From contig OZ076417.1 in NCBI GenBank assembly GCA_964187785.1, positions 22,816,001-22,880,000 on the forward strand: a stretch of DNA of 64,000 bases. The letters are read 5' to 3'. A model generated the notes under the pieces. It was not told the origin of the DNA. It made no database searches and saw only the letters and a program-made list of their open reading frames with translations. Origin of the DNA: Amphiscolops sp. MND2022. Its lineage: Eukaryota. Positions 49,481 through 63,285 of this stretch are shown piece after piece (within the stretch, counting starts at the first letter, position 1; each line of letters begins with the position of its first letter). The translations under genes were made by a program, and so were the position numbers.

Positions 49481-50010
49481 TCAAAAAGGGAATTGTGGAA
49501 TGGGGGGTGTAAGAGGTTCTATTCTAATGGGAATTAGCGCTGGGGATAAAGGGGGTAAATGAAATGGGGAGGGATTGCAAAAACTATGTGGCAGGTGGTA
49601 ACGACGTTGGGGAAAACAATGAAAACGATTAGAAAAATTATGAGGGGATATTTGGACGCTTAAGGCAGGGAATTGGGCGACTTTGTACGTTGTAGATTTA
49701 AATTTGGCCAATTTGGGAGCGTTTGAAAATGGTTGACTAAAATATTTACATTTTGAGTAACTTTATCTAAATTAGCATCTCGTTCAGTTAACAATTCACC
49801 TAAATAAAGTTCGTACAATTTCAGTGCGTCGTAATACCGAGTTAAGGTTTGCTTGTAGACGGCAGTGTGGACTATTCTGTTTGTTGGAGTTCCAGCTTCA
49901 CCAAGCAGTTGAGGACGTTTTGGGTGACGGGGCTTTCGCCTTTGCAAGTCCTGGGTTAACTGTCGAACAGCGGAGGGTTTCTACAAATTGGGGGAAGAGG
50001 CGATAGCATC
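49481..50010 (-). other. Additional sense-strand ORF remnant in the 3' region of copy B
   Basis: QRRKPRHPKRP...YKQTLTRYYDALKLYELYLGELLTERDANLDKV; more GC-rich than its flanks. Confidence 0.3.
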
Positions 50011-50999
50011 TTGAGGCAGAAGTGGAAGAGTCCCAGCAGAAGTGAAAGAGTGAGAAGAGGCGGTGAACAAAGAAGGAATGGGCGGCAAGAAGGGCTTGGT
50101 AGAAGGTGTCGTCAATTGTAGTTGATTGAGTGGAAGATGTGGATGAAGGTGGAGGAGAAAGATGAGAGATTTTTTGGCAACTGAAACAAATGTGTGATAA
50201 TTATTTGAAGAGATGTTTTTATATATGTATGTGTCGAGTTTGAAATGTGTTCGTGTTTGTGTTCGAAGTGTTTTGATTAATTTTATTGACACGACGAGAG
50301 GATGCTGAAAATGAGAAGATAAGAGGAAAGTGATTTTAAAAGAGTAAAATGTAAACGATAGAGTGATTTTGTAAAGTAGGAATTTGATGGTAACATTGAA
50401 ATTCATATGTTTTGATTTTTTTATGGACTGGCAACGAGATTTGGACAATGAAGTAATCTTGGGAAGATTATGCGAAATCTATACAACCCGAATAGAAATA
50501 ATTTTGTCTGAAAAGTAAGAACTGAGAAAACAAGTGTATCCGAAAAGATTTTCAATTGAAATGTAACATGAGTATTTGAAATTTGGAGGACAATTTTTCT
50601 TGAGAAATAAACAATTACATTTTGATAAAAAAAATTACTGATATACTAACTTTTGTCACCTGTGAAAAACGAGTAAGTGGAGGTTTTTGTGAAAAGTGAT
50701 GATATTAAAATGCAGAACAATATGACAAAAGAAGTGCGATAAAAAATGTCCATTATGAAAAGTGAACATGGTAATTTTGTACGATGTACAATTTGAACTT
50801 GTCATTTAGACATAGGAAGAATGATAAATTTGCATTTTGAAAGAAGCAAAACGTGAATGAAAGGGGAAAAGTGGAGAGAAAAAAATCTGTCTAAATCAAT
50901 CAAAAAAGAGAAAAAATAAAACCAAAAAAATTTGAAACGAGAGAAAAAAATTTATGAGAAAATATCGAAAGTGTTTTGTAATTATACCTAAAATTGGAG

Positions 51000-52535
51000 G
51001 AGTAGGAAGTGAAGGGTTGAGAATTGGAGAAGAGAGATAGGGTGAAAGACGATTTTCAGAAGAAACAGTGAATGGCGGAGTTTAAGGAGAACAAGTGTTT
51101 TGAGAAAGTCATTGACATGTATGGCAGAGAGCGTGAGAGATTGAATATCATTACTACGGAGTTGGAGGAGTTTTTGAAGATTGCAACAGCTATCTAAAAT
51201 ATGATTGAGAATTACAAAAGGATCGGTATTAGGAGAAGGTTCAGTATGTTGACGGAGAAGGTTCAGAAATTCAGTGACAAAATTGTCAGTTGGGCATGAA
51301 ATTGAGTTGACACATACATTTGGGTTAACAGCTTGAAGAACATAGGATGAAGGAAGTTTTGATACAAAGGTGGAAGGAGGAACAATGGAAAAACCTTTGT
51401 TAGGAGTGATATCTTTTGGAAGTTTTATTGAATTTATCCGTTACTTTATTAGTGTCTGGAAAGCATTTGTATTGTTTTTTAAGAATAAAGGAATGAAGTT
51501 TAACAAAGATAAAGTTCAATTGTGCAATTGAGTAGTGTTTATGAACGAGTGAAGTGTAGAGTGAGCGAGAGTGATCATCGAGAGAACTTCAATGATTTTA
51601 CCTATTCTTGGGAAGAAATTTGGTTCTTTAGTAGGGATGTGATGCTCGAGAAGAAAATCATCATTAAGATTGAGTGCTTCGTGTGGAACCAAAAGTGGAC
51701 GAGTGGGGTCACGGTATGTAGCAAGCATGTAGTATTGTTCAATTGGGTCATAATTACGGAATGTACCAATAGTATAGAGGTGATTAAGGAGTAGTGAGAA
51801 TGAAAAGAAAATGGTGAAGTGATTTTAGAAACTTGAATTTTGAGGGTGTTTTTAAGAAGTGTTTGATAGGTTTGGTGATAAAGTTTTTTGACGGAAGAGC
51901 AGTGGAAGTATCATTGGCCTTAGTAGTAAGATCATGTTGAGTGGGTTTTTCGAAAACTGAATTGGAACTGAAAGAAGCGAATGCATTTTTTTGCCAGGAT
52001 AAGAATTGTTCTAAGTTTTTGGAAGCATATGCAACATATTGGTCGAAGTATTGATCTTGCGGAAAACGAAATTTATAGGTAGTAGGGGTCATGTAAAGAG
52101 AAGGAAGATTAGCTTTGAGATTAGGGTGCGTGCGAAGAAATTTGTTAGTCATAGTGTTTGTTTAAGAAGGATTTTTTACAGGATGAAGTACAGGAGGAAG
52201 AATACCCGAGTCGATGAAGACAGGAACTTCAAGTATATTATATTTTTGGTGGGAACAGTATAGGTGGCATTATCAATAGTTATATGGAGGTTACTAGGTG
52301 GAGGAGTAGGTAAATGGCGAGTGTTAAGAGTAGAGGAGTTAGGTTGAAGATTTACAAATGAAGCATTAGAAGAGGGTGGTTTAATTTCATTAGTGTGTTC
52401 AGGAGTACAGATGACTTCAAGATTGATCGGCTCAAAGTTATGAGGAAGTTCAAGAGTACCAGATTTAAGAGACAGAGGGGGAGAAAATGAAGCAGTGCTA
52501 GAGAGGAGTTCTTCATCACAAACAGGTGAGGTCAT
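51000..52535 (-). pseudogene. Fourth ORF of copy B, unknown function
   Basis: MTSPVCDEELLS...; SLYMTPTTYKF; IEQYYMLATYRDPTRPLLVPHEALNLNDDFLL, matching ORF4 of copy A. The lower boundary is approximate. Confidence 0.6.
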
Positions 52536-53079
52536 TTTAGGATATATACTCTGTTAAAAATATATCAGAAACATAAAATGTACCAAAAAGTTTTGATGAG
52601 AAGATTCAGATAGTGGAGACGTACAATCTAGAAAGAAGATTTTCGGAGATATAAATGACGGTTGATTAGAGAATAAAGATATAGCAAGACAAGTGATATG
52701 TAGAAAATTTCTAGAAAGATCATTGAAAAAATGCCTTTTGGAAAGTTATGTTAGAGTGAAATCAAAAGTAGAGTTTCGAAAATAGCAACTTAACGATGAG
52801 AAGAAAATATGAAAAGTGATGAAAGTGAGGAAGAGAAAATGGTCTAAAGTGATTCAGGTGGAAAGCGACATGATGAATATATTTTAGCGTGGCTTTCAGG
52901 TGGATTGAATATACCATTGACAGACGGTAATGGGATGTCATTAACTTTCATAGGTGGTGGAGTAGGAGTATAGTTTTTTGGTTGATTGCCATACGTTGTG
53001 TATAGGGAAACTATTAGAAGAGCTGTCAAAGTTGGTATCTTCAGGAGATATGGCATTATGTAAATGAGAATGAGAAAAC

Positions 53080-55599
53080 AATTATTGTGAGTGTCGAGGT
53101 GAAAAATTATTAGGTGGATTAGTATATAAATTGTAATTACGAGGAGAGGGTGAAGTATTATCAGTTACTTGAAGAGTGGAAACAAGAAGATATGGTAGAG
53201 AAATTTTAAGTGAGGAGAATTTCCTGATGGATGATTTTTTAATTGGTGATCTTTTCATGATATTTTTGTTTTCAAGATTTAAGACTTTAGATTTGATTTT
53301 GGGTTTAAAAAAATGATTTTAAAAAAAATTCCGTTTAGATTTATGGTGTGACGGGGACGGAGTATCAGAATCATCGAGTCGGAATTGGAATCAGAGGTTT
53401 TTATCATACCAGTCATCGTTGTTTTGGTTACAGATCCGAAAAAGCCATAACCAAAAACAGAAACAAGAGAGAATTGTTTTTAAAGAAATTTGTTAACGGT
53501 AAAGGAGCGATAAACACTGAGGAGTGATAAAAGCAAACTGAAGAAAGAGAGCAGTGGAAAAACAAATTCCCTATTGAGATAAAATGGAGCAGGGGATCCA
53601 AAGAGTTTGATAAAAGCATCAGTGAACCATTCAGGTGTTTAAAAAGGGTTAAGTTCAAGATATAACCATGGAAGAAAACTCAAAAAGATTTATATGGATT
53701 ATTTGGAAGACGTTCAGGGGATTGTTTACTAATGAATTCATACCTAATAGCTTTACCAAGAAAATGTAAGGTATTATCAGAATGTTTAGTGAAAAGAACA
53801 TGATTCCAAAAAAGTTTGAGTTCTTTCTGGGAATAAATACCTGCAACTTGGGCAATAAAGGTGTTAGGGCCAATAGTGGCCTAAATTTGGGTAGGTTGAA
53901 AGAGTTGAGGAGGATCTTTTTCAATAGGTTATGGGGTTAGAACACAACTAAAAGTATTAATCAGTGTCAGTGTCGAGAGCATAACGTTATGTGGGTTGTT
54001 TTGAAATGGTATTTGGTTAGCGTATTCAAAAGTTTGACGAGTAATAGGGTCAACATACATGACAGGGTCAAGATATTCAACAGGGATTTTGTCATAGCAT
54101 TGTTTAGTCAAGTATAGAAGAGAGGGGAGGTGAGGACAATCATAGAGCCAAGCAGTTGAGCCTTCAACATAAAAAAATTACTACGGTTTTGAGTTAGGAG
54201 AAAACCAGCAGTTGTCGGTTTTTAACAGACATTGCTAGTAAGGTTAAAAGTTGAGTTCTTTCTACTTCACAAAACGTGTGAAAGGTGTTGAGTTCAGCAG
54301 CTGACAGTGCTTTAAAAACAAGGTTATTGGAGTAATCAATTTTAGTGTTTATATGCGCTTCATAATCTATAGTAGCAAAACTGTTGGAGGAGTTTAAAGC
54401 AGAGAAAAAGAGTTTATGTTGATTATGAACGAGTTTATCAGAAACGAGTTGAGTGGAGAATTGTTCATCTTCAGGTAATTGAAGGATTACGTTTACCAGT
54501 ATGCGTATTAAATCCTTGTTTACATGTAATAAAGAGGCAGGGTATTGAGTTTATAAAGGTGTGTGGTTGTTGCAAAACGTTGTATTTGGAGAAGATTTCA
54601 AAACGAGAGAGTTGGGTTTGAGATTTGAAATAACGATAAAGTGTTTCGGAAGGAATATTAGAATGATTGTTATTAAAGAAGTGTTCAGTTCCAAGCCAAT
54701 AGCGGTTTTTGAGTGTAGACATTCGTCCAATAAAGGAGTGAATTGCAAAATGAGGCATAGTTCTTCAGGGAACCAAACAATGGTGAATGGAGAGAAAAGT
54801 GTGGGCTTACAAAAACCATCATCATGGAGACAAGGTAAGGTCTGTCCATGATAAATTATTTTATTATCTTTATCATCATAGGTGATTTCAATTTCTCGAA
54901 CAACTAAGAGCCAACTATCTTTTCCGATTATATACTCATAACGGTCTCAACAAACGTCTTTTTCTTTAGGGGTTGCGTGTAAAAAAGTTGAGAGTTTGGT
55001 ATCCAAGGAAAAGCGACATAGTGAAAAGTGTTGAGTTTAGTAATACGAAAAGGAGGTCGTTTTGTTTCAAGGAGGCGTTGTTTTTGAATATCATCGAAGA
55101 AGATGAAGGAGTTACTTTAATCAAAAGTGTTAGGTTGAGGATTATCCGATTACCATTGAGATGGCGAATAGCATGTTTGCATTCGGTTGGGTCTTAAGTA
55201 CGAGGGCTTTTCATGGTATTTTGATAATAATCAGTACCATCATGTCTGCGGTATTTATAATCAGATCAACCACAGACGAATTTTCCGCGTTTGAAATGAG
55301 CTTCACAGGTCCACGCTTTAAGGCGTTTAGCTTTAGCGCGGACAAATACATTTGCAAAGGCACGAGTGCTTTCAAAAGCGGAAGGAACTTGAGCACAAGG
55401 TTGTACTCGATTTAAAATGAATTGACGGAAGGTATGTTGTCTAGAACAATCATATTGAGATACCACGAGACAAGAAATTTGAGGATCATTAGGATCCCTC
55501 AACGATATCAGTTGAAGAGTCAAGAGAAAGGATGAGGTGGGTGAAATATTTGAGGAGGAATAAGAACAAAAGAAAATAGTGTTTAGAGGAAGATATCAT
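53080..55599 (-). pseudogene. env: env copy 2 of element B
   Basis: MISSSKHYFLLFLFLLKYF signal; VSQYDCSRQH...QPCAQ...RAKAKRLKAWTCEA...CG; EVERTQLLTLLAMSV; CYDKIPVEY..MYVDPITRQT; TM segment near 53500-53600. Confidence 0.82.
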
Positions 55600-56089
55600 T
55601 AGAACGATTAAAACTGAGCGGTATATTTTAAGAATGTGAGAGTATTCAAAAATGTGGTAGATCCTTGAAGGAGAAATTCATCAGTCATGGTGTTTGTTTG
55701 AGAAGGGTTTTTAGCATGTTGAAGTACAGGAGGTAGGATACCAGAACTAATGAAAACGGGATTTTCAAGGATATTATACTTTTTCGTAGAAGGAAGAGTA
55801 TAAGCAACATTGTCGATGATGACTTGGAGGTTAGTAGGTGGAGGAGAATGTGAGAGGCGAGTTTTGAGATTAGAAGAAGAGGTTGAGTATTGGTTGAAGA
55901 GGATGATTAAATATCAGATAGAGTTGTTTCAGCAGTAGGAATAATTTCAAGAATAATGAGATCGGAGTTATAAGTAACTTCAAGAGTGCCGGATTCAAAA
56001 AAAATTGGTAATAAAAAGGCGATGCTGGAAAGGAGTTCTTTTTCATGAGTAGAGGAGGTTATTACTTTTAGGTTAGAACTAATTTTGGA

Positions 56090-58251
56090 TGTCAGAAAAA
56101 CTAGGTGACTAGTTTCAACAGGTGATTAGTTTTGGATTTAGTATGAGGAGGTGTATCAGAATCAGAGTTAAGATCGGAGGGCTAAATCATAGCGGTCATC
56201 ATTGTTTTGGTTAAAGTTCCAAACAATCCATAACCAAAAACAGAAAGAAGAGAGATATGTTTTTTAAGAGTTTTCTTAACAGTCAAGAAGCGATAAAAAA
56301 CTAGGGAGTGTGTTGAGAGCAAATTGAAGAAAAAGAGCAGTGAAAAAATAAATTCCACATTGGTTTAAACTATAACATGGATGACCAAAGAGTATAATGA
56401 AGGCATCAGTGAACCATTCAGGTGAAAAGAAAAGATTTGAGTTTAACATATATTCATGAAGATCAATTCTGGGTGATTCATAATGACTATTTTGAGGAAT
56501 CCAGAGGGTTGTTAACTCATAAATTCACAACTAATGGCTTTACCAAGGAGTTGTAAGGTATTATCGGAGTGTTTTGAAATAAAACTCGATTCCAAAAATG
56601 TTTGAGTCCTTTTTGAGAAAAAATATCTGCATCTTAGGCAGTAAAATTGTTTGGGCAAAAGTAGTTTGAATTTGAGTTGGTTCGAATAAAAGAGGAGGGT
56701 CTTTCTTTAAAAAGGTTGTGGAATTAAGACATAGTATTGATCTGTGTCAGGGTCAAGAGCAATAACATTTTGAGGGTTATTTTCACATGGAACCTTCGAC
56801 GTATAGAAAATGACTACGATTTTGGGTGAGGACAAAACCAGCAAGTTGTGGATTTTTAACAGACATTCCGAGGATGATTAAAATTTGAGTTCGTTCGACT
56901 TTACAAACAGTGTGAAGATTATTTACTTCAGCAACAGACATTGTTTCAAAGACATGATTAATAGAGTAGTCTATTTTAGTATTTATGTGAGCTTCATACT
57001 CAAAAGTGGCAAAATCATTAGAGGAGTTTAAAGAAGAAAAGAAGTTTATTTTGAGCATGTACAGGTTTACCGAAAACGAGTTCAGTGGAGAGTTTATTTA
57101 AATGTTAATCTACGAGCAGTTGAAGAGGATTGCGTTTGCCAGTATGCACATTGAATTCTTCGTTATATGTATTAAAGAGGTGAGGTCATTTGTAGTATAT
57201 AATTGTATAAGTAGTCGTATATGTTGTATGAGTAGTGTATAATAAAAGGTGTGAGTTTATTGCAAAAATTTTACTTTCGGGGAAGACTACAAAACGGGAG
57301 AGTCGAGTTTGAGATTTAGAGTCATGGTAGGAAATTTCCGAGGGAATGTGAAATTTTATAATTAATAAAGAAGCGTTCAGTTTCAAGTCAATAACGGTTT
57401 TTGTGTTTAGACATACGTCCAATGAAAGAGTGGATGGAGATAACTAAACAAAGATCTTCGGGGAACCAAACAGTTGTGAATGGAGTTTGAATGGCAAGGC
57501 AGGGTAAAGTATGACCATGATAACTGATTTTTTGTTTTCTTTATGATCATAGGTTAATTCGATTTCTCGAACGATTAAAGACCAGCTATCTTTTTCAATT
57601 ATATACTCATAGCGTTCTCAACAAACAGCCTTTTTTTAAGAGTTGAGTTTAAAACAAGTTGAGAGTTGGCTATCCAAGCAATAGCACCGTAGTGAAAAGT
57701 GTTAATTTTAGTTTTACCGAAAGGAGGTTGTTTAGTTTCAAGCAAGCGTTGTTTTGGAATATCATCAAAATAGGTTAAGGAGTTACTGTAATCAAAAGCA
57801 TTAAGTTGAGGGATGTCAGTGCCATTTAGGTGACCGATAGCATGTTTGCATTTCAGGAGGTCTAAAGTACGAGGGCGCTCCATTGTAATTTTGTGGTAAT
57901 CAGTACGATCATAGCGGCGATATTTGTAATCAAATTGTGCACAAACAATTTAACGTAATCTTCACAACTCCAAGCTTTGAGGCGTTTAATTTTAGCGCGG
58001 ACAAAAACGTTAGCAATAGCACGAGTGCTTCCAAATGCTGAAGGGGCTTGAGCACAATGTTGTAATCGGGTTAAACTGAACCGACGGAGGTTGTGTTGTT
58101 TAGAACAACCATAGTGAGGTACTAAGAGGTCAGAGACATGAGGCTCATTAGGTTCTACTATATCAGTAGAGAGTCAAGTGAGAGAATGAAGAGAAAAAAA
58201 ATTTGAGGAGGAGGAAAGCGAAAAAACTGAGTGTTTGAAAGAGGAAGTCAT
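56090..58251 (-). pseudogene. env: env copy 1 of element B
   Basis: MTSSFKHSVFAFLLLKF signal; HYGCSKQHNLRRFSL; MERPRTLD..CKHAIGHLNGTD; CKVERTQILIILGMSVKNPQLAGF..YVEGS; TM segment near 56300-56400. Confidence 0.82.
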
Positions 58252-59399
58252 GAGAGGAAATTAAAACTGAGCAGTATATTGAGGAAGGTGAGTGTGTTTA
58301 AGAAAGTAATGGATCCGTAACGGAGGATTATCACTTACAATACTATTAAGACTAGTGACAATAAAAGGTTGAGGGATAGATTTAAAGTTGACAGTAGTAT
58401 GAGAAAGGATAGGATGAGGACTTAATTTATGGATTTGAGCTGTGATTTCAAATTTAATTTCAAGGTTTGTAGTGTCCAACCGGTGAAATTCTTTTTGACG
58501 ATGTTCGTCAGAAATATGTGTATTGGAGTTTAGTTTATGAGTGGCGGAGTATAAAAATCGGGGATCTTGACGAACACTAGTGACAAGAGTATTTATGACA
58601 ATTAGAGGATAATCAACACAGTTAGGTGTAGGGGGAGTAGAGTATTGATCAGTGGTGAATTCAATTCTGAGGAGATGAGAGTCGGAAGAAAGAACACTGT
58701 TTCTTTGAGAAGTGGTTCTAGAAAAGATATGACCGGTATGATTAAAAGAAGAAGGTAAAGATCGATGGGAAAAGCAACGTCAACACCAGAGGTAGGAATA
58801 TTGTTATTAGAGGAGAAAGATTCGAAAGAACGAGGTTGAGTGTGGTGTCTTACTTAAGAAGAAACAGTGCTTACAAGTGAAGGAGTGGGAGAAGGAGAAA
58901 AACGAGGGAGTAAAACGACGGAAAATGGCTAATGCACTTAGAGTTGTCAAATGTCAAGCATAATTAGGTGTCTAGACAGGAGACAGTATAGGACACATCT
59001 GGCAGTTAATGCATTTGGGAGATGGATTTAGTTTCGAGGAAGGAAACTAATAATAGGTTTCGAAGTATTGAATTCTTTGGGGGAAGGGAACGTAAGTTGT
59101 ATGGAAATTGGGGAGGTCGAATGTGAGTGGGTAAAGTTGGAGCATCAGAGAAAGGTTTAAATGTACAGTCAGGTGAGTCAGCAATACGGGGAAAGATTTT
59201 TGGAAAGGAGGTGGAATGGTAGATAGGATGGTGGATTTTTTCAAAATCAGAGTCAGTAGAGTTAAAGGAATCATCGAAATTATCATGTGGAACAGTAGAA
59301 GGAGGAAGATTTTGATAAGTAGGGGGAAGGTGAGAATATGGTTTTGATTGAGCAATGGGTTTAACAGAAGTGTGCGATTGAAATTTTTCAAATGGATTA

Positions 59400-62300
59400 T
59401 CATCATCGGGTGGAGGGCAGTTAGAATTAATATCTTGTATGAGTCAGTATCAAGAATATTGGAAGAGAAGGTGTTGAATGATATAGACGGAGGTATGGGA
59501 AAATAATGAATTCTTTAGGGTAGTATTGTATAATAAGATTTCTATGAGTGTAGAATGTAGAACCATCATGGGCAATATGTTCATAAGTAACATCAGAGAG
59601 ATGTTATATAATTTAATATGGACCCAGACGAAGGGGTTTGAGTTTATTCGAGAATATAACAGGTTTAAAATTGGTGTGTATAACAGAAGTGTTCGGAGGG
59701 AGTTGTTTTAAGTGTGTAGTTTCAAAGGCGGAATTTTGTGAGTTTAGTTTATTAGTAATATGGCGATGAACAGTAGAATAGATTTCTATCATTGCGTGTT
59801 CAGCATAGAGTAGCCATGGAGAAACAGGTTTGTTTATAAGTGAACGAAAAATGGATTGAGATCTTGATCACAATATTGTGTGTGAGGAGGAAGTGAATTG
59901 CAATTTGTGCATTACAAGATTTAGAGGAGTCGCGTGTTAAATTAAGGGAAAGTTTCATGGGATATGAGGATGAGTATGAAAAACAATTTGGAATGGGGAA
60001 AGTTTAAGTTTAAGATAGACGATTAGTATTATGAGCATAAGCGTACATTTGAGTTTGGAATGATTAACTATTTGGAGGGTTTCGAAACATTGACGGAAGT
60101 TTTCAGAGAAAAGCTTTACAGTGGGTAAAGGAGGAAGGATCAAAGAATGGTGGTGAGCTTGTAGAAGTGGATTTTATGGGAGTTTGGATAATAGTATTAG
60201 AACCGAGACTTCATTAAGAAGAGCGTAGTCATTATTGGAATTTAAAGTTGAAGAGTTTTCGATGTTAGTTAAAATGTCTTGAGAGAGGTGAGAGAATCAT
60301 CAAAATTGTGTTGTTGAATTTCAGCTAAGAGAGAGTGGATAATATGGAATGATTGAGGTTGTTGTGAAATTTGGTGAAGAATCCTTTGAGTACCATGATC
60401 ATCATCTTCCTACGAGTCAATTTCATTGAAAAGAGCGTTTTCTGGGAGAACGTTTCAACTTAATTTTTTATGTTTTTTTTCTACTTATTCAAAAAGAGTG
60501 AGACCGATTGAAAGGAGACTGAATCTAAGTGAGTGTAAGTAACAGTATTTCCTTTGTCTAAAATTTGGAGTGTGAGTTTATCATCACCATCAAGATTGGG
60601 TGGAAATCATTTGTCTGAGTTGTTAATACAACTTCATGATCAACAAGGCAGGGGATTTGTTTCAATGAATTATTGGGTTTGAGTTGAATAAATTCAATAA
60701 GCGGAGGAAGGGTTTTCTGTTGTAATTGACACATTTCATTTGTGATTTGAGAAAAATCTCGACTGAGCATATCAGCAACAATCAGATTTGTACCGGCTGA
60801 GTGAACAATTTGGAGAATGGAGAGTTTGGTTAGTAACATTTGGACTTTATTATGTCTTGGAGTTAGATTTCTTTTACGAGTGAAGAGAAAAAAGGATTGG
60901 ATTATGATCTGTAAAAACAGTGATTGCAAACTTAGAGCCATTGATAGTAAATTCATATTGTGAAAGAGCAAAGGTTATAGCGCAAAGTTCTCTATCAAAG
61001 GTAGAGAGTTTTTGTTCTTGAGTTCTTAAAATTCCAGAGTTATAATCAATAATTTACATTTTGTTATCGGAGTTGAAATATTATTGAAAAAATATTGCAC
61101 CTAGACCAACTAGGGAGGCGTCAACTGTAATATGAACGGCGTGAGTTGTATTAGGGATTGCAAGTTCAGCATCTTTTGAGGGGTAAGATTTCATTAAAGG
61201 GTTTGTCTAGTTCTGGAGTCACTTCGAAGGAAATATCGTCACTGAGGAGGGTATAAAAACGTTTAAAAGAGATGAGGAGTTTGTTCATTAAATTTAAGTA
61301 AAAGATCATTGAACCAATAAATAGCATTAGTTCAGTTTTAGAGGTGACAGTTTTCAATTTGTGTATACAGTCAACTTTAGATGAAATTGGTTGAATAGTA
61401 TTTTTGCCAGTTTCATGTCCAAGAAATTTGACAGTGAAGAGAATATGAAAAGATTTTTCAGAAGCTATTTTATGATTGTTGGAGCTACAGATCTAGTGTA
61501 ATTGTTCGATCAAATCTAACATATGAGTTTTGGTGTGAGCAAGAAGGAGAATATCGTCAATATAAAAAAGTATAAAGCCTTCATCAATGAGTTTTTGAAA
61601 AAAAAGAATACATTTGTTTGGTAAAAAACTTAGGAGTCATTCAAGACCGTGAAACCCTCGGATAAAAGCATACTATGTCTAGTAGAGTTTATCTTCAGAT
61701 GAGAAACTAGTAAGAGAGATGGTTTCTTCATGTAGAGGAGCATGTGCTTGAGCATACATGAGGTCAATTGCAGACTTGAATTTTTTATTTGCGCGTGCAA
61801 GTTGAGGAGCTAGAGGTTCTATAGGCCAAGATTCAAAGGACTGATCGGTGTTAGAGTTTAAATGTCGAGCGTCAAGAACTACTTTTATCGTATCTCCTTT
61901 GGGGATACTAAAGAGAGGATTTTAAAAAGTTGTACCGTAAATGAATTTATCAAAGGGTTTGGAGCCAATTTGTCTAATAATATTATGGTGTTCTAGTTCA
62001 TCGAGTAGCTTTTTAATTTTTATCACTATAATGAATTGGGACTTTAGTGGGTCGTTGATTTTGGAGTTTAGCGCTTGCTTTTAGGCGAATTCTAAAAGGA
62101 GTGTCCATTTTACCAACATCATTACGATGAGTAGCATAACAATGTTGATATTTCACCAAAATGGAGCAAAGTTTTAAATATTCGTCATCAATGACGTCAG
62201 AGTATTGAAAAATATATTTTTTTGAGAAATTGATGAACATCTGGAAAATATGGTAAAGATGGAAGAGGGTGTTTTGAAAATTGATATGGTCGTAAATTAT

Positions 62301-63200
62301 TATTCTCAACAGTGGTTCTTTTAAGAGAGGAACGGCGAACAGGAGGTTTCGGTTCGAAAGATCATGGAAGTATGGATGAAATATAGTGTGTATCAAAAAC
62401 TTGACATAATTACCTTTATAGTGTGGTTGTTTAATGATAATTGCGGGGACTTCAATATTACTAATATCCTGGTGATAGGGTAGCTGGATGATGAGTAATG
62501 TTTTGAATTGAGACAGAGCAACTATTGGGTTCAGTTTTAAGATTTTGATAAACTTGGGGGAAATTAAAAGTGGAGTTGAAGCCAGTTTTAAAATATGGAT
62601 GTGTGGGTTGATGGAAATATGATTTCGTTGTCAGAATTGTGAAAGGTTAATGGGGGAGTAGGTGGGATTGGGAAAAGGAATGCTTGAGAGGCGTTTGGTT
62701 TAAAGTAGATTTTTTGTTTAACCTTAATTGTATAAATATAGGAGATATAAGGGTAGTCTTTTTCTTTATGGGCTATAAAAGGAAGAGTAGTTACGCGAGA
62801 TTCATGAGGTGTATTAAAAGTGGGGGACGTTTGTTAAATGTCATGTGTTCTTTAATATTTTTCAAAGAAAGGAGTTCCAAGATTGTTATTATTGTTATTT
62901 GCAACCGCAAATGGGATGACAAGGTTACGAGTACTTCCATGGATAGAGGTTTGAAGTCTTAGAAATACATTAAATAAAAAAGGGACCTTCAGTAGCTTTA
63001 TTAGCAACTGTAAAGACTTTAAGCTCATCGTTTTGAGGAATTGTTTTGGAACATTTGAGAAAATGATCAGCTACGATTGTGGAAGTGGGTAGATTTGAAA
63101 CACAAAAAGAGGCACCGATATCTATCAGGAATAAAAGTTCTAATTTTGAAGTTAGAGAGTTGTCTTCGGGTGGTTTGAAAATTTTGCGATTGACAAACCA
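59400..63200 (-). pseudogene. pol: pol of copy B: protease, RT (YIDD), RNase H, integrase with the core apparently deleted
   Basis: LFLIDIGASFC (about 63110-63140); TPFRIRL..RPTKVPIHY; FYIDDILLLA (about 61550); ITVDASLVGLGAI; GTNLIVADMLSR; jump to QMYAYAHN. Confidence 0.88.
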
Positions 63201-63285
63201 GGTAGAAGGAGCGATAGCGTTAGCTTGAATATTTGAACTTTGAGAACATGAGGAGGTGTTTGGATGTTACATATTCATTTCAAGT

